From Polyangiaceae bacterium (GTDB lineage Bacteria; Myxococcota_A; Polyangia; Polyangiales; Polyangiaceae), in contig JAPSGB010000011.1 of assembly GCA_035063585.1 (NCBI GenBank), forward strand, positions 32,001 through 96,000: a stretch of 64,000 nucleotides of DNA, given 5' to 3'. Each line of letters begins with the position of its first letter. Within the stretch, counting starts at the first letter, position 1. The notes beneath the pieces are model-generated. The model was given only the letters and a program-made list of their open reading frames with translations. It ran no database searches and was not told the DNA's origin. Below, in pieces: positions 10,125 to 18,640 of this stretch. Position numbers and translations under genes: made by a program.

Positions 10125-10603
10125 CCGACACCAAGATCAACGACATCGTGAAGAACCTGCTCGACGGTATCCACGGGGTGACCAAGAGCGAGACCATCGT
10201 CGGCGAGGCGCAGCAGGCGGGCGAGGCGACCGTCATCCCGGTGCACCGCCTGAAGATCGCCTTCGGCGCCGGCTCGGCGAGCGCGGGCGCGCACGGCTCG
10301 CGGCTCGGCGGCGACACCGGCGGGCAGGGCGTCGGCGGCGCGGTCGAGCTCGATCCGGTCGCGGCCATCGCGGTCGGCAAGGACGGCCATGCGCACCTGC
10401 TCACCGTCGACGCCGACGCGGGCAGCGCGTGGTCGAACCTGCTCGCCGAGGTGCCCGACATCCTCGCGCGCGTCGCGCAGAGCATCGGCACCCGCGTGAC
10501 CCACGAGCTTCGCACCCGCGGGGTGAGCGGCGAGCTCGACGGCGGCGCCGCCGAAGCCCCCGCGGCGGGCGAGCTCACCGGGGCGTCCGAGAAGGGCGAC
10601 TGA
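10121..10603 (+). CDS. YtfJ/GerW-family protein (second paralog)
   Basis: ETIVGE, VIPVHRLKIAFGAG, GGQGVGGAVELDPVA; ATGA overlap with upstream gene. Confidence 0.75.
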   Translation: MTDTKINDIVKNLLDGIHGVTKSETIVGEAQQAGEATVIPVHRLKIAFGAGSASAGAHGSRLGGDTGGQGVGGAVELDPVAAIAVGKDGHAHLLTVDADAGSAWSNLLAEVPDILARVAQSIGTRVTHELRTRGVSGELDGGAAEAPAAGELTGASEKGD

Positions 10604-10731
10604 GAGCCGCTCTTTTCCGAGGGGGAAGGGATGGGATGGTCCGTCGCGGCCGGCGGCGCTCCGCGCGAGCGCGCCGCCGGCCGCGACGGACCGGCACCCT
10701 CACCACCCCGCGGCCGCGTCGCGTGCGCGGC

Positions 10732-12060
10732 TCAGCCGAGCACGCTCGCGATGGCGCGGTCGAGCCGCTCGACGCCCTCCGCGATGGCCTCCGCGGTGAC
10801 CGTGAGCGTGGGGCGGAAGCGCACCGAGCGCGCGCCGCACTTCAGCACGATCATGCCATCGTCGAAGCACTCTCGGACCACGCGATCGCGCGCTTCGGTG
10901 GTCGGCAGATCGATGGCGCACATGAGCCCCCGGCCGCGCGAGTTGGTGACCGCGGGGCGCCGGCGCGCGAGCTCTGCGAGGCCGGCGAGGAGCTCCTCGC
11001 CGCGCGCGCGCGCGTTGTCGAGCAGCCGCTCGTTCTCGATGATCTCGAGGATGCGCGTGGCGCGCACCATGTCGACCAGCGACGCGCCCCAGGTGCTGTT
11101 GATGCGGCTCGGGACCTTGAACACGTTGGTCTCGATCTCGTCCACGCGCGCGCCGACGAAGATGCCGCCGACCTGCATCTTCTTCGCGAAGCAGACGATG
11201 TCCGGCGTGACGCCGAGCTGCTCGAACGCCCACCAGCTGCCGGTGAGGCCGAGCCCGGTCTGCACCTCGTCGAAGATGAGCAGCGCCTCGCGCTCGTCGG
11301 CGAGGCGGCGGAGCCGGGCGAGGAACTCCGGGCGGAAGTGGTTGTCGCCGCCTTCGCCCTGGATGGGCTCGACGAGGATCGCGGCGATGTCGTCCGGGCG
11401 CTCGTCGAAATGGCGCTCGGCCTGCCGGAGCGCCTCGGCCTCGGCGGCCGCCACGCGCGCGAGGTGCTCGCCCTCCAGCGGGAAGACGATGGCGGGGTTG
11501 TCGATCCTCGGCCAGTCGAACTTCGGGAACCAGCGCGTCTTTACCGGATCGGAGTTGGTGACGCTCAGCGTGTAGCCGCTCCGCCCGTGGAAGGCGTCGC
11601 GGAGGTGCAGGATCTGCTGGCCCTTCTCGCCGTTACCGGCGGCGAGGTTCTTCTGCACCTTCCAGTCGAAGGCGACCTTCATCGCGTTTTCGACCGCGAG
11701 CGCGCCGCCGTCGACGAAGAAGTAGTGCGGGAGCGCGGCCGGGGCCGCCGAGCGCGAGAGCGTGTCGACGAATTCCGCCATATACGTCGTGTAGTAGTCG
11801 GAGTTCGAGACCTTCGTGACGCTCACGTGCGCGAGCCGCTCGAGGAACTCTCGGTCGGTTACGCCGGGGTGGTTGAAGCCGAGCGGGTTCGAGGCGAAGA
11901 AGCTGAAGAAATCGAGGTAGTCGCGCCCGGTCACGAGATCGCGCACGTGCGAGCCCGAGCTCCGGTCGGTGTCGACCACGATGGGGTAGCCGTCCACCAG
12001 GAGGTGCTTGCGGAGCGTGTCGTGGACGGCCGAGGCGGCGACTTCGGAGCGGCGAAACAT
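10732..12060 (-). CDS. lat: L-lysine 6-transaminase (class III aminotransferase)
   Basis: GALAVENAMKVAFDWK, AFHGRSGYTLS, EPIQGEGGDNHFRPEF, FDEVQTG, KKMQV, SRINSTWG. Confidence 0.9.
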   Translation of the reverse strand: MFRRSEVAASAVHDTLRKHLLVDGYPIVVDTDRSSGSHVRDLVTGRDYLDFFSFFASNPLGFNHPGVTDREFLERLAHVSVTKVSNSDYYTTYMAEFVDTLSRSAAPAALPHYFFVDGGALAVENAMKVAFDWKVQKNLAAGNGEKGQQILHLRDAFHGRSGYTLSVTNSDPVKTRWFPKFDWPRIDNPAIVFPLEGEHLARVAAAEAEALRQAERHFDERPDDIAAILVEPIQGEGGDNHFRPEFLARLRRLADEREALLIFDEVQTGLGLTGSWWAFEQLGVTPDIVCFAKKMQVGGIFVGARVDEIETNVFKVPSRINSTWGASLVDMVRATRILEIIENERLLDNARARGEELLAGLAELARRRPAVTNSRGRGLMCAIDLPTTEARDRVVRECFDDGMIVLKCGARSVRFRPTLTVTAEAIAEGVERLDRAIASVLG

Positions 12061-12191
12061 CGGGGCTGGACCTCCGCGGCGGGGCGCCGCAGGCTGGAGA
12101 GATTGCCGCGGTGCGGCAGGGAAAATGCCGGCGACGCGGAGCGTTTTAGCTCGCGCCCGGCGGGACCGCTGTGGCTTATACTCCGCGAACC

Positions 12192-12878
12192 ATGCTGGAC
12201 AAGATGGCGGTCGTCGGAGCGGTCGGCAGATACCTCAAGCATCACCCGGAGGAGCCGCTCCGCGTGGCGAAGAACGCGCTCTTCCTGCGCTTCGGGCTGC
12301 CGCTCGATGCGCTCCGCTGGGCGGCCGGCCAGCTCCGCGGCAAGCACATGCCGAAGGACGTGCAGCTCGAGGCGGTGCCCCCCGGGATCCGGGTGGGCGC
12401 CTCGGTGGATCTGATGGGGACGCCGGTCCGCGCCTCGGCGGTCATCTTCATCGAGCGCATCCGCTTCAACGCCGAGGAGCTGCGCGTCGAGGTGCGGCTC
12501 GCCGACGTGGCGCTCAAGGTGCTCGACGACGCGGTGGAGTCGCCGGTGGCGGCGCTGCTCAAGAGCGGCGCGCTCGACCTCTCGAAGCCCGGCAACCTCG
12601 CGGCCTACATGCCGAAGCGCCCGCCGGTGCTGGTGGAGGCCGAGGGTGATCGGGTGGTCATCGACCTGATGAAGGAGCCGAAGCTCGCGCGCGACCCGCG
12701 CCTGGCGCGGCTCATCGGGCTCATCACGCCGCTCCTCGGCGTGCGCGCCATCGAGACGGACTGGGAGCACCTCGACGTCGCGCTCCGCCCGTTCCCGGAC
12801 GGGATCCTCGAGGCCGTGGAGGCGCTCCGCGCCGCGCTCCAGGGCGCCGCGCCGGCCCCCGCCGCGGCGATGGGCTAG
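12192..12878 (+). CDS. Hypothetical protein
   Basis: Host-like codon bias; TATACT -10-like element just upstream supports the 12192 start. Confidence 0.7.
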   Translation: MLDKMAVVGAVGRYLKHHPEEPLRVAKNALFLRFGLPLDALRWAAGQLRGKHMPKDVQLEAVPPGIRVGASVDLMGTPVRASAVIFIERIRFNAEELRVEVRLADVALKVLDDAVESPVAALLKSGALDLSKPGNLAAYMPKRPPVLVEAEGDRVVIDLMKEPKLARDPRLARLIGLITPLLGVRAIETDWEHLDVALRPFPDGILEAVEALRAALQGAAPAPAAAMG

Positions 12879-12888
12879 CGCGCTTACG

Positions 12889-14583
12889 CTACTTCGCGCC
12901 CGCGAGCTTGGGCGGAGGCGGCGCGGCGGGCCTGGGCTCGGGCTCGCCCGCGAGCCAGGCCCGGAGCCGCCCGAGGCTGAACGGCCGCGAGTAGGCGAAG
13001 AGCGCGAGGAGCGCGAAGGCGTAGAAGAGCCACGACATCGCCGTGAACTTGTCGTCCACCCAGTAATACCTGAGATACACGATCTGGCTGCCCGCGCTCG
13101 CCAGCAGCGCGAGCGGCCCGAGCGGACGTCGCGCCTTCATGAGCGGGATGAGCACCAGGAAGAACGAGAAATAGTAGCAGGTGAGGTTCAGCACCGACGA
13201 GAGCAGCGGCACGCCCATCCCGATGGAAATCCAGAGGGACTTCGTGCGCCGGAGCGCCCACACCGTCCACAGCCCGACGAACAGGATGATGCCGCGGAAG
13301 AGCCAGCGGTGCTCGTGGATGCGCTCCGTGCGGCCGTTCTTCCAGCCCTCGAACGGATCGTCGAGGTTGTCGTCGCGCGTGAAGCGCATTCGGCCGTCCC
13401 AGTTGTGCACGATCATGGTCTCGAGCCCCATCGTGTTGGTGAGCGGGGTGCTCTTGTGGGTCATGATGTGCTTGTAGAAGTAGTAATAAGACTGCGGACC
13501 CGCGATGACGACGCTCGCCGGCACCAGTAGCCCGCCGGCCACGATCGCGCCGCCGATGAAGCGCTTGTACGGCAGGCTGAGCCTACGGCGCTTGATGAGA
13601 TCGATGGCGATGAGGATCGCGGGCCCCACGAACAGCACCACCGGGAACACGCGGAGCGCGGTCGACCAGGTGAGCGCGGCTCCGGCGAGGCCGTATTTCC
13701 GTTTTCGCGCGAAGCACGAGCTCGCGACCAGGAAAAATAGCCAGTCCTGCCTCAGGAACGCGCCGCCCGTCCAATAGAAGTTCGCGGGCGCGTTACAGCC
13801 CCAGAACACCGTGAAGGCGGCCCCCACTCGCCACCCGAACGCCCAGAAGACGAGCAGCACCATGCCGAGGTGCAGCATGATGTCGATCGAGGCGAGCTGT
13901 TTGAAGAAGGTGTCGCCCGCGACCCCCAGGCTGCTGAAGAGCTTCCCCTCCATGGTCCACACGGGCGGGGGGTTGTACCCGTGGTCCTTCTGCATGTTGA
14001 GCCAGTAGTCGCCCGGCGAGGAGTGATAGAACCAGTCGACGTCCTTCTTGAAGGCCTCCCAGGTCGCCGGCGAAAAGTGTGATTTGCACTGCGCCGGATC
14101 GCTGAAGACGAAGGTCTCAGTGGTCGGCTTGATGAGGTTGACGGAGAGATCTCGGAGCTCCCGCTTCCTCACCTGCGCCGCGCGACCGAGCTCCACCTCG
14201 GCGATGGCGGTGCACTCGTAGAGCCGCGTGTACTCGAGCTCCCGGTTGTATTTCGAGCCGAGGTAGTAGTGGAAGAACTCGTGCCGGTGGTAGTAGCGGT
14301 CGTAGCGGACGTTGGGGTTGAAGAAGTCGAAATAGGCGCCGAACCCGAGCACCGCCATCCCGATGGCGATGCGCTTGCGGAGCCGCACGTTGCCGAGCTC
14401 GCCGAGCCGCACCGCGCGCAGCTCGTAGATGAGCATCAGCGCCCCCGCCGCCGTGAGCAGGATGCGCAGCCCGTTCATCGTGTTGGTCCAGCCGTCGTGC
14501 GCGAAGAACGGGTGGTCCCAGAAGAACGCGGGGACCGCGCCGAGGGCCGAGGTGAAGGAGCCGAGCGGGAGGGAGCCGTACAT
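12889..14583 (-). CDS. Polytopic membrane GT-C-type glycosyltransferase (GT87/DUF2029-like)
   Basis: Many TM helices; HEFFHYYLGSKY, DHGYNPPPVW and LRVFP motifs. Confidence 0.6.
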   Translation of the reverse strand: MYGSLPLGSFTSALGAVPAFFWDHPFFAHDGWTNTMNGLRILLTAAGALMLIYELRAVRLGELGNVRLRKRIAIGMAVLGFGAYFDFFNPNVRYDRYYHRHEFFHYYLGSKYNRELEYTRLYECTAIAEVELGRAAQVRKRELRDLSVNLIKPTTETFVFSDPAQCKSHFSPATWEAFKKDVDWFYHSSPGDYWLNMQKDHGYNPPPVWTMEGKLFSSLGVAGDTFFKQLASIDIMLHLGMVLLVFWAFGWRVGAAFTVFWGCNAPANFYWTGGAFLRQDWLFFLVASSCFARKRKYGLAGAALTWSTALRVFPVVLFVGPAILIAIDLIKRRRLSLPYKRFIGGAIVAGGLLVPASVVIAGPQSYYYFYKHIMTHKSTPLTNTMGLETMIVHNWDGRMRFTRDDNLDDPFEGWKNGRTERIHEHRWLFRGIILFVGLWTVWALRRTKSLWISIGMGVPLLSSVLNLTCYYFSFFLVLIPLMKARRPLGPLALLASAGSQIVYLRYYWVDDKFTAMSWLFYAFALLALFAYSRPFSLGRLRAWLAGEPEPRPAAPPPPKLAGAK

Positions 14584-14634
14584 GGTGGTGATTCCGGGCG
14601 CCCGGAGGCTAGCCGCTGCCGCGCGCGGGAGCCG

Positions 14635-14677
14635 AGAAAAAGAACGGCCCGGGCAGCATTCCTGCCGCCCGGGCCGT
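14635..14677 (-). terminator. Intrinsic terminator
   Basis: Minus strand ACGGCCCGGGCGGCA-GGAA-TGCTGCCCGGGCCGT (15-bp stem, one G-U, GNRA loop) followed by TCTTTTTCT. Confidence 0.85.
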
Positions 14678-14995
14678 CGTAGCAGCCCCTTCCCGGTTGA
14701 GCGCGTCGGGGCCGAGGCCGCGCTCCTCGCGAGGAGGCGGCCGAGCGCTAGGACCTAACGGTCGCCCTCCGGGATGGGGGAATGGCTACTCTGCATGTCT
14801 CGACCACCTCCTCCGGCTACGCGCCGGACACCCCGTGGGCGCCCGCGCGAGCCCGGGGCTCGCTGAGGGAGCGCGCGATGGGGGCGTTTCACGAACGGAG
14901 GCCGCGGCGCGGCCTCGGGCTGACTTCCAGGCGCGGGGGTGCTCCTCCGCCGGACCAATCCGGGAGCCAGGCTCCAACCTGGACGGTGGTTCAGG
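14635..14995 (-). ncRNA. Candidate large structured ncRNA of unknown class
   Basis: Non-coding gap with nested long-range helices and many hairpins, G-U pairs favouring the minus strand, ending in a terminator. Confidence 0.55.
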
Positions 14996-15098
14996 GGTAA
15001 CACGGGTCACGGCGCCGCGCCACTTCGACCGCCTGGCCGCCAGGTGTCGTGCGGGCTCGGGTGCCGGTCCGGCGCGGCCGGCGGCGGGGGCCGCGCCG

Positions 15099-15629
15099 CT
15101 ACTCGGGCGCCCGGGTGCGGACCGCGGTGAGATCGTAGCTCATCTCGCAGGGCAGGAACGCGAACCCGCCCTCTACCCCGACGAGCTCCGAGCAGTCGGA
15201 CGACTCGCGCGCGGTGTACCCGAAGCGCATGCGCCCGGCGAAGCTCGGCACCTCGGCGCCCGAGACGGTGAGGGTACCGGCCGCGGTGTCGCGGCGGACC
15301 ACCGTGCAGCCGAGCCGCCCGCGGCCAGCGTCCCGCACCGGGATGACGACCTCGGTGTCGAACCCGAAGGTCACGCCGTCGGCGGCGACGCGACCGGGCA
15401 CCACGTCCTGACCGTTCAGCCAGTAGAGCTCGCCTCGATCGCGCGAGAGCTTCACGTCGAACTCCCAGAGATCCGACGAGCCGAGCGCGCCGGGGCCGCA
15501 GGTCGACGCCTCGAGCCGGCCGATCACGTGATAAGTGCCGAGCTCGTCTCCCGGGATCTTGGCGTCCTTGCCGAGGTTTCCGCAGCCGAGCGCGAGCGAC
15601 GCGGCGAGCACGAGCGGAGCGGGGCGCAT
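15099..15629 (-). CDS. Hypothetical lipoprotein
   Basis: Signal ending LALGC, conserved-looking Cys pattern. Confidence 0.7.
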   Translation of the reverse strand: MRPAPLVLAASLALGCGNLGKDAKIPGDELGTYHVIGRLEASTCGPGALGSSDLWEFDVKLSRDRGELYWLNGQDVVPGRVAADGVTFGFDTEVVIPVRDAGRGRLGCTVVRRDTAAGTLTVSGAEVPSFAGRMRFGYTARESSDCSELVGVEGGFAFLPCEMSYDLTAVRTRAPE

Positions 15630-15706
15630 GCCCCGGGGCTAACACCGGTCACCCGGGCGGGGCAAAGTTACGGCGCCGCGCGCGGCCGATCGGGTAAGAG
15701 GGAGCC

Positions 15707-16627
15707 GTGGGCGTCACGGCGTCGGGCTCGATGGGCGGAGGAGGTGAGGCGGGGGTCATCGTGCACGGCGGCGCCGGCGCGCTCCCGGAGGACGCGCGCG
15801 CGCTCCACGCCGAGGGGTGCGTCGCGGCCGCCGAGGCCGCCATGAAGCTCCTCCGGGAGGGCGCGCCCGCGCTCGACGCGGTCGAGCGCGCCGTGCGCGT
15901 CTTGGAGGACGATCCGCGCTTCAACGCGGGCACCGGCGCGTGCCTCACCGAAGACGGCCACGTCGAGCTCGACGCGGCGGTGATGCGCGGCGCCGATCTC
16001 CGCTTCGGCGGCGTGTGCGCGCTCCCGCCCTTCGCGCACCCGATCTCGATCGCGCGCGCGGTGCTCGACGACGGCGCGCACGTCCTCTACGCCGGCGCGG
16101 GCGCGGCCGAGTTCGCGCGGCGCGCCGGGTTCGCGCCGGTAGGCGAGGCCGCGCTCATCACCGAGGCGGCGCGCGCACAGCTCGCCCGCGCGCTGGCGGC
16201 GCGGGCCGGCGCGCCCGCGGGCGGCGGCACGGTCGGCGCGGTCGCGCGCGACCGCGCGGGCGGCGTCGCGGCGGCGACCAGCACCGGCGGGATCGCCGGC
16301 AAGCGCGCGGGCCGCGTGGGGGACTCGCCCATCCCGGGCGCCGGCACCTGGGCGGACGATCTCACCGGTGCCATCTCGGCGACCGGGCACGGCGAGGGGG
16401 TGCTCCGGGTCGCGCTCGCCTCGTCGCTCGCCGCCGCGCTCGCCGCGGGGCAGGACGCGGAGCGCGCCGCCGCCCGCGCCCTCGAGCGACTCGAGCGGCG
16501 CACCGGCTCGCTCGCCGGCGTTATCGTGGTCGCGCGCGACGGCCGGCTCGCGTTCGCGCGGACTACGGCGACCCTGACCTGGGCCGCCGCGTGGGACGGC
16601 GCGGAGCGAGCCTGCTCGGGCTGGTGA
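15707..16627 (+). CDS. Isoaspartyl peptidase/L-asparaginase (Ntn hydrolase)
   Basis: IVHGGAG, LEDDPRFNAGTG, ELDAAVM, GTVGAVA, ATSTGG, GRVGDSP, SATGHGE. Confidence 0.92.
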   Translation: MGVTASGSMGGGGEAGVIVHGGAGALPEDARALHAEGCVAAAEAAMKLLREGAPALDAVERAVRVLEDDPRFNAGTGACLTEDGHVELDAAVMRGADLRFGGVCALPPFAHPISIARAVLDDGAHVLYAGAGAAEFARRAGFAPVGEAALITEAARAQLARALAARAGAPAGGGTVGAVARDRAGGVAAATSTGGIAGKRAGRVGDSPIPGAGTWADDLTGAISATGHGEGVLRVALASSLAAALAAGQDAERAAARALERLERRTGSLAGVIVVARDGRLAFARTTATLTWAAAWDGAERACSGW

Positions 16628-16652
16628 GGCCGCGCCGGTCGGCGGTCGGGCG

Positions 16653-16820
16653 CTAGCTCGCCTCGGGCGTCGCGGCCGGCGCCGCCTGCCGCTCTTTGCG
16701 TGCGAGCGCCTCGTCGAGCCCGATGCGCGCGCGCTTGCGCTTGCTCAGGTGCTTGCCCTTCAGCGGGGTGGTCAGCCACTCGTGGCGCTTGCGGACGTTC
16801 CAGATCGCTCGGTTCGACAT
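16653..16820 (-). CDS. Small highly basic protein, 55 aa (not in the ORF track)
   Basis: ATG at 16820, TAG at 16655-16653; MSNRAIWNVRKRHEWLTTPLKGKHLSKRKRARIGLDEALARKERQAAPAATPEAS; strong GC3 bias with AAG/AAC codons. Confidence 0.75.
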   Translation of the reverse strand: MSNRAIWNVRKRHEWLTTPLKGKHLSKRKRARIGLDEALARKERQAAPAATPEAS

Positions 16821-16952
16821 GAGAGGCGGCTATCTACCGGACCGCGGCCTCGAGCGCAAGCCCGCGCGGCGCGCCGGTCGGCCAATGGGCCGGCCCGCTC
16901 GCCGCGCGCCGGAATCGCCCCGGACGCCGGCCGCGACGATAGAATCAGCCGG

Positions 16953-17828
16953 ATGTACTCGCTCGACCCCCTGAGCGGTCGCGCCGCGCTCGTGCTCCCC
17001 ACGACCGGCGGCGTGCTGCGCTCGACGCGCGGCTGGAGCTACCTGCTCGGCGCCCGGCTCGGCGCGGGCGGCTTCGGCGCGGTGTTCGAGTGCGTGGGGC
17101 CCTTCGACCAGTCCTTCGCGCTCAAGGTGCTTCACTCGGGTGAGCGGCCCTACGAGGAGGTGCGCGCGGAGTGGACGCGAGAGGCCGAGCGGCTCTGGCG
17201 CCTGCGCCACCCGAACATCGTCTACGTGTTCGACTATTTCGAGGCCGACGGGCTCTTCTGCCTGGTGCTCGAGCGCTGCGATCACAGCCTCGCCGACATG
17301 CTGGGCGCGCCCTTCACCGATCGGCTGGTGGTGGAGGTGACGCGGCAACTCCTCTTCGCGATCCAGTACCTCGCCGACAACGACATCGTTCACAACGACC
17401 TCCACGCGGGAAATATCCTGGTCGTGCAGGGAGACCAGCTCGTCTGCAAGCTGAGCGATCTCGGCATCGCCGAGGAGCTCTACGGGCGGCCCGCGGTGCG
17501 GCCGAGCATCGTGCACCACCGGATCATGGCGCCCGAGGTGGCCGCAGGGGGCTACACCACCAAGCAGAGCGACCTCTACCAGCTCGGGCTCCTCATGTAC
17601 GCGATGCACGTCGGGGAGTACCCGCTCGACGTCACCCTCGGCACCGACGAGGTGGTGCGTCAGATCCGTGACGGCGTGCCGCGCGCGCGCGCGGAGGCGC
17701 TCGACACCGAGCTCGGCAAGATCATCAGCGTGCTGCTCCGGCGGCACGAGCAGTACCGATATACGTCGCCGGGACAGGTGTGGGAGGAGCTCCGGCGGCT
17801 CGACGTGTGGGCGCGCGCGGCGCCGTGA
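16953..17828 (+). CDS. Stand-alone Ser/Thr protein kinase
   Basis: LGAGGFGAVF, ALK, HPNIV, HNDLHAGN, DLG, APE, SDLYQLG. Confidence 0.88.
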   Translation: MYSLDPLSGRAALVLPTTGGVLRSTRGWSYLLGARLGAGGFGAVFECVGPFDQSFALKVLHSGERPYEEVRAEWTREAERLWRLRHPNIVYVFDYFEADGLFCLVLERCDHSLADMLGAPFTDRLVVEVTRQLLFAIQYLADNDIVHNDLHAGNILVVQGDQLVCKLSDLGIAEELYGRPAVRPSIVHHRIMAPEVAAGGYTTKQSDLYQLGLLMYAMHVGEYPLDVTLGTDEVVRQIRDGVPRARAEALDTELGKIISVLLRRHEQYRYTSPGQVWEELRRLDVWARAAP

Positions 17829-17857
17829 GCGCGGCGCGCCGAGGTCGGCGGCGCGGA

Positions 17858-18193
17858 CTACCCGCTCGAGAGCGATTTTCGGCGCTCGGCCTTCCGCTCG
17901 GTGCAGGCGTCGCAGAGCGAGTAGCCCTTGGCGGCCGCGCCGCACGCGGTGCAGCGCCCGCGCTTGCGCCGCTCGTAGTAGCGCTCCTTCATCTGCTCGG
18001 CGGCGCGCGACGCGCAGGCGTCACAGAGCTGGAAGTCCGGTGAAGCCGCGCCGCAGTCGATGCAGATGCCGGCAGCGCGGCGCTTCTCGCGGTACTTGCG
18101 GAAATACTCGAGGTGGTAGCGGCACTGCTTCCGCCCCGGCGCCGCCGACCGTTGACACTTGCTGCAGAGGCGGGTGTTCGGCGCTTTCTTCAT
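17858..18193 (-). CDS. Basic protein with three tandem CxxC..CxxC/H zinc-finger repeats
   Basis: CSKC..CRYH, CIDC..CDAC, CTAC..CDAC separated by Arg/Lys-rich helices; GAGGAG RBS. Confidence 0.75.
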   Translation of the reverse strand: MKKAPNTRLCSKCQRSAAPGRKQCRYHLEYFRKYREKRRAAGICIDCGAASPDFQLCDACASRAAEQMKERYYERRKRGRCTACGAAAKGYSLCDACTERKAERRKSLSSG

Positions 18194-18384
18194 CGCTGCG
18201 CTCCTCGAGATCAGAGTAGAGAGAATCCAACTTTCCACCCTACACAAGACTCCAATCCTTCGCAAGGGGGAACGAGGGCGCGGGCTTTGGCGCCGCGCGC
18301 CGCGCGCCGCGCGCGGCGGCGCATTTTTCAGGGGCTCGCGCGTGAGCGCCCGTATTCGCCCGCATTTCCTTGGGGGAGCGCCCA

Positions 18385-18423
18385 CGCGCGCCAGCGCGCC
18401 GGCGCAGGGCGCGCTGGCGCGCG
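18385..18423. terminator. 16-bp perfect GC hairpin, probable native terminator/processing stem of tRNA-Pro
   Basis: cgcgcgccagcgcgcc (18385-18400) / ggcgcgctggcgcgcg (18408-18423), directly downstream of the displaced tRNA 3' copy. Confidence 0.55.
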
Positions 18424-18424
18424 C

Positions 18425-18459
18425 ATGTCGGTCGGGGTGGAGGGATTTGAACCCCCAAC
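18425..18459 (-). repeat. att-like direct repeat: duplicate of the tRNA-Pro 3' end
   Basis: atgtcggtcggggtggagggatttgaacccccaac identical to 19778-19812. Confidence 0.95.
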
Positions 18460-18640
18460 TCCGGAAGCCGCTACCGAACATGCGTGACACGCAGGATCAC
18501 GCGGAGATTCGGGATCGCCGCCGCGACGAGGGACGCCCAGAGGCGACTAGAAACGACAGGGGTTCTGGCCACAGGCCAGCTCCGGCGCCCGGGGCGGTCG
18601 GGCGGTGGGTGCCGCCCCCGCGATGTGCTACACGAGCAGC

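Noticed and set aside
14635..15010. Assignment as RNase P RNA, tmRNA, SRP RNA, 6S RNA or a known riboswitch
   Set aside because: No GAGGAAAGUCC, no tRNA-like ends and no SRP GGAA/AGCAG loop; the resemblance to the 6S 3' strand (14976-15000) lacks its complementary 5' partner
14697..15845. ORFs crossing the structured non-coding interval (14697-15845, 14755-15003, 14782-15000, 14786-15010)
   Set aside because: Low-complexity Arg/Pro/Gly products with no codon bias or motifs
18425..18459. Second tRNA gene
   Set aside because: Only the T arm and 3' acceptor strand are present; it is an att-type fragment
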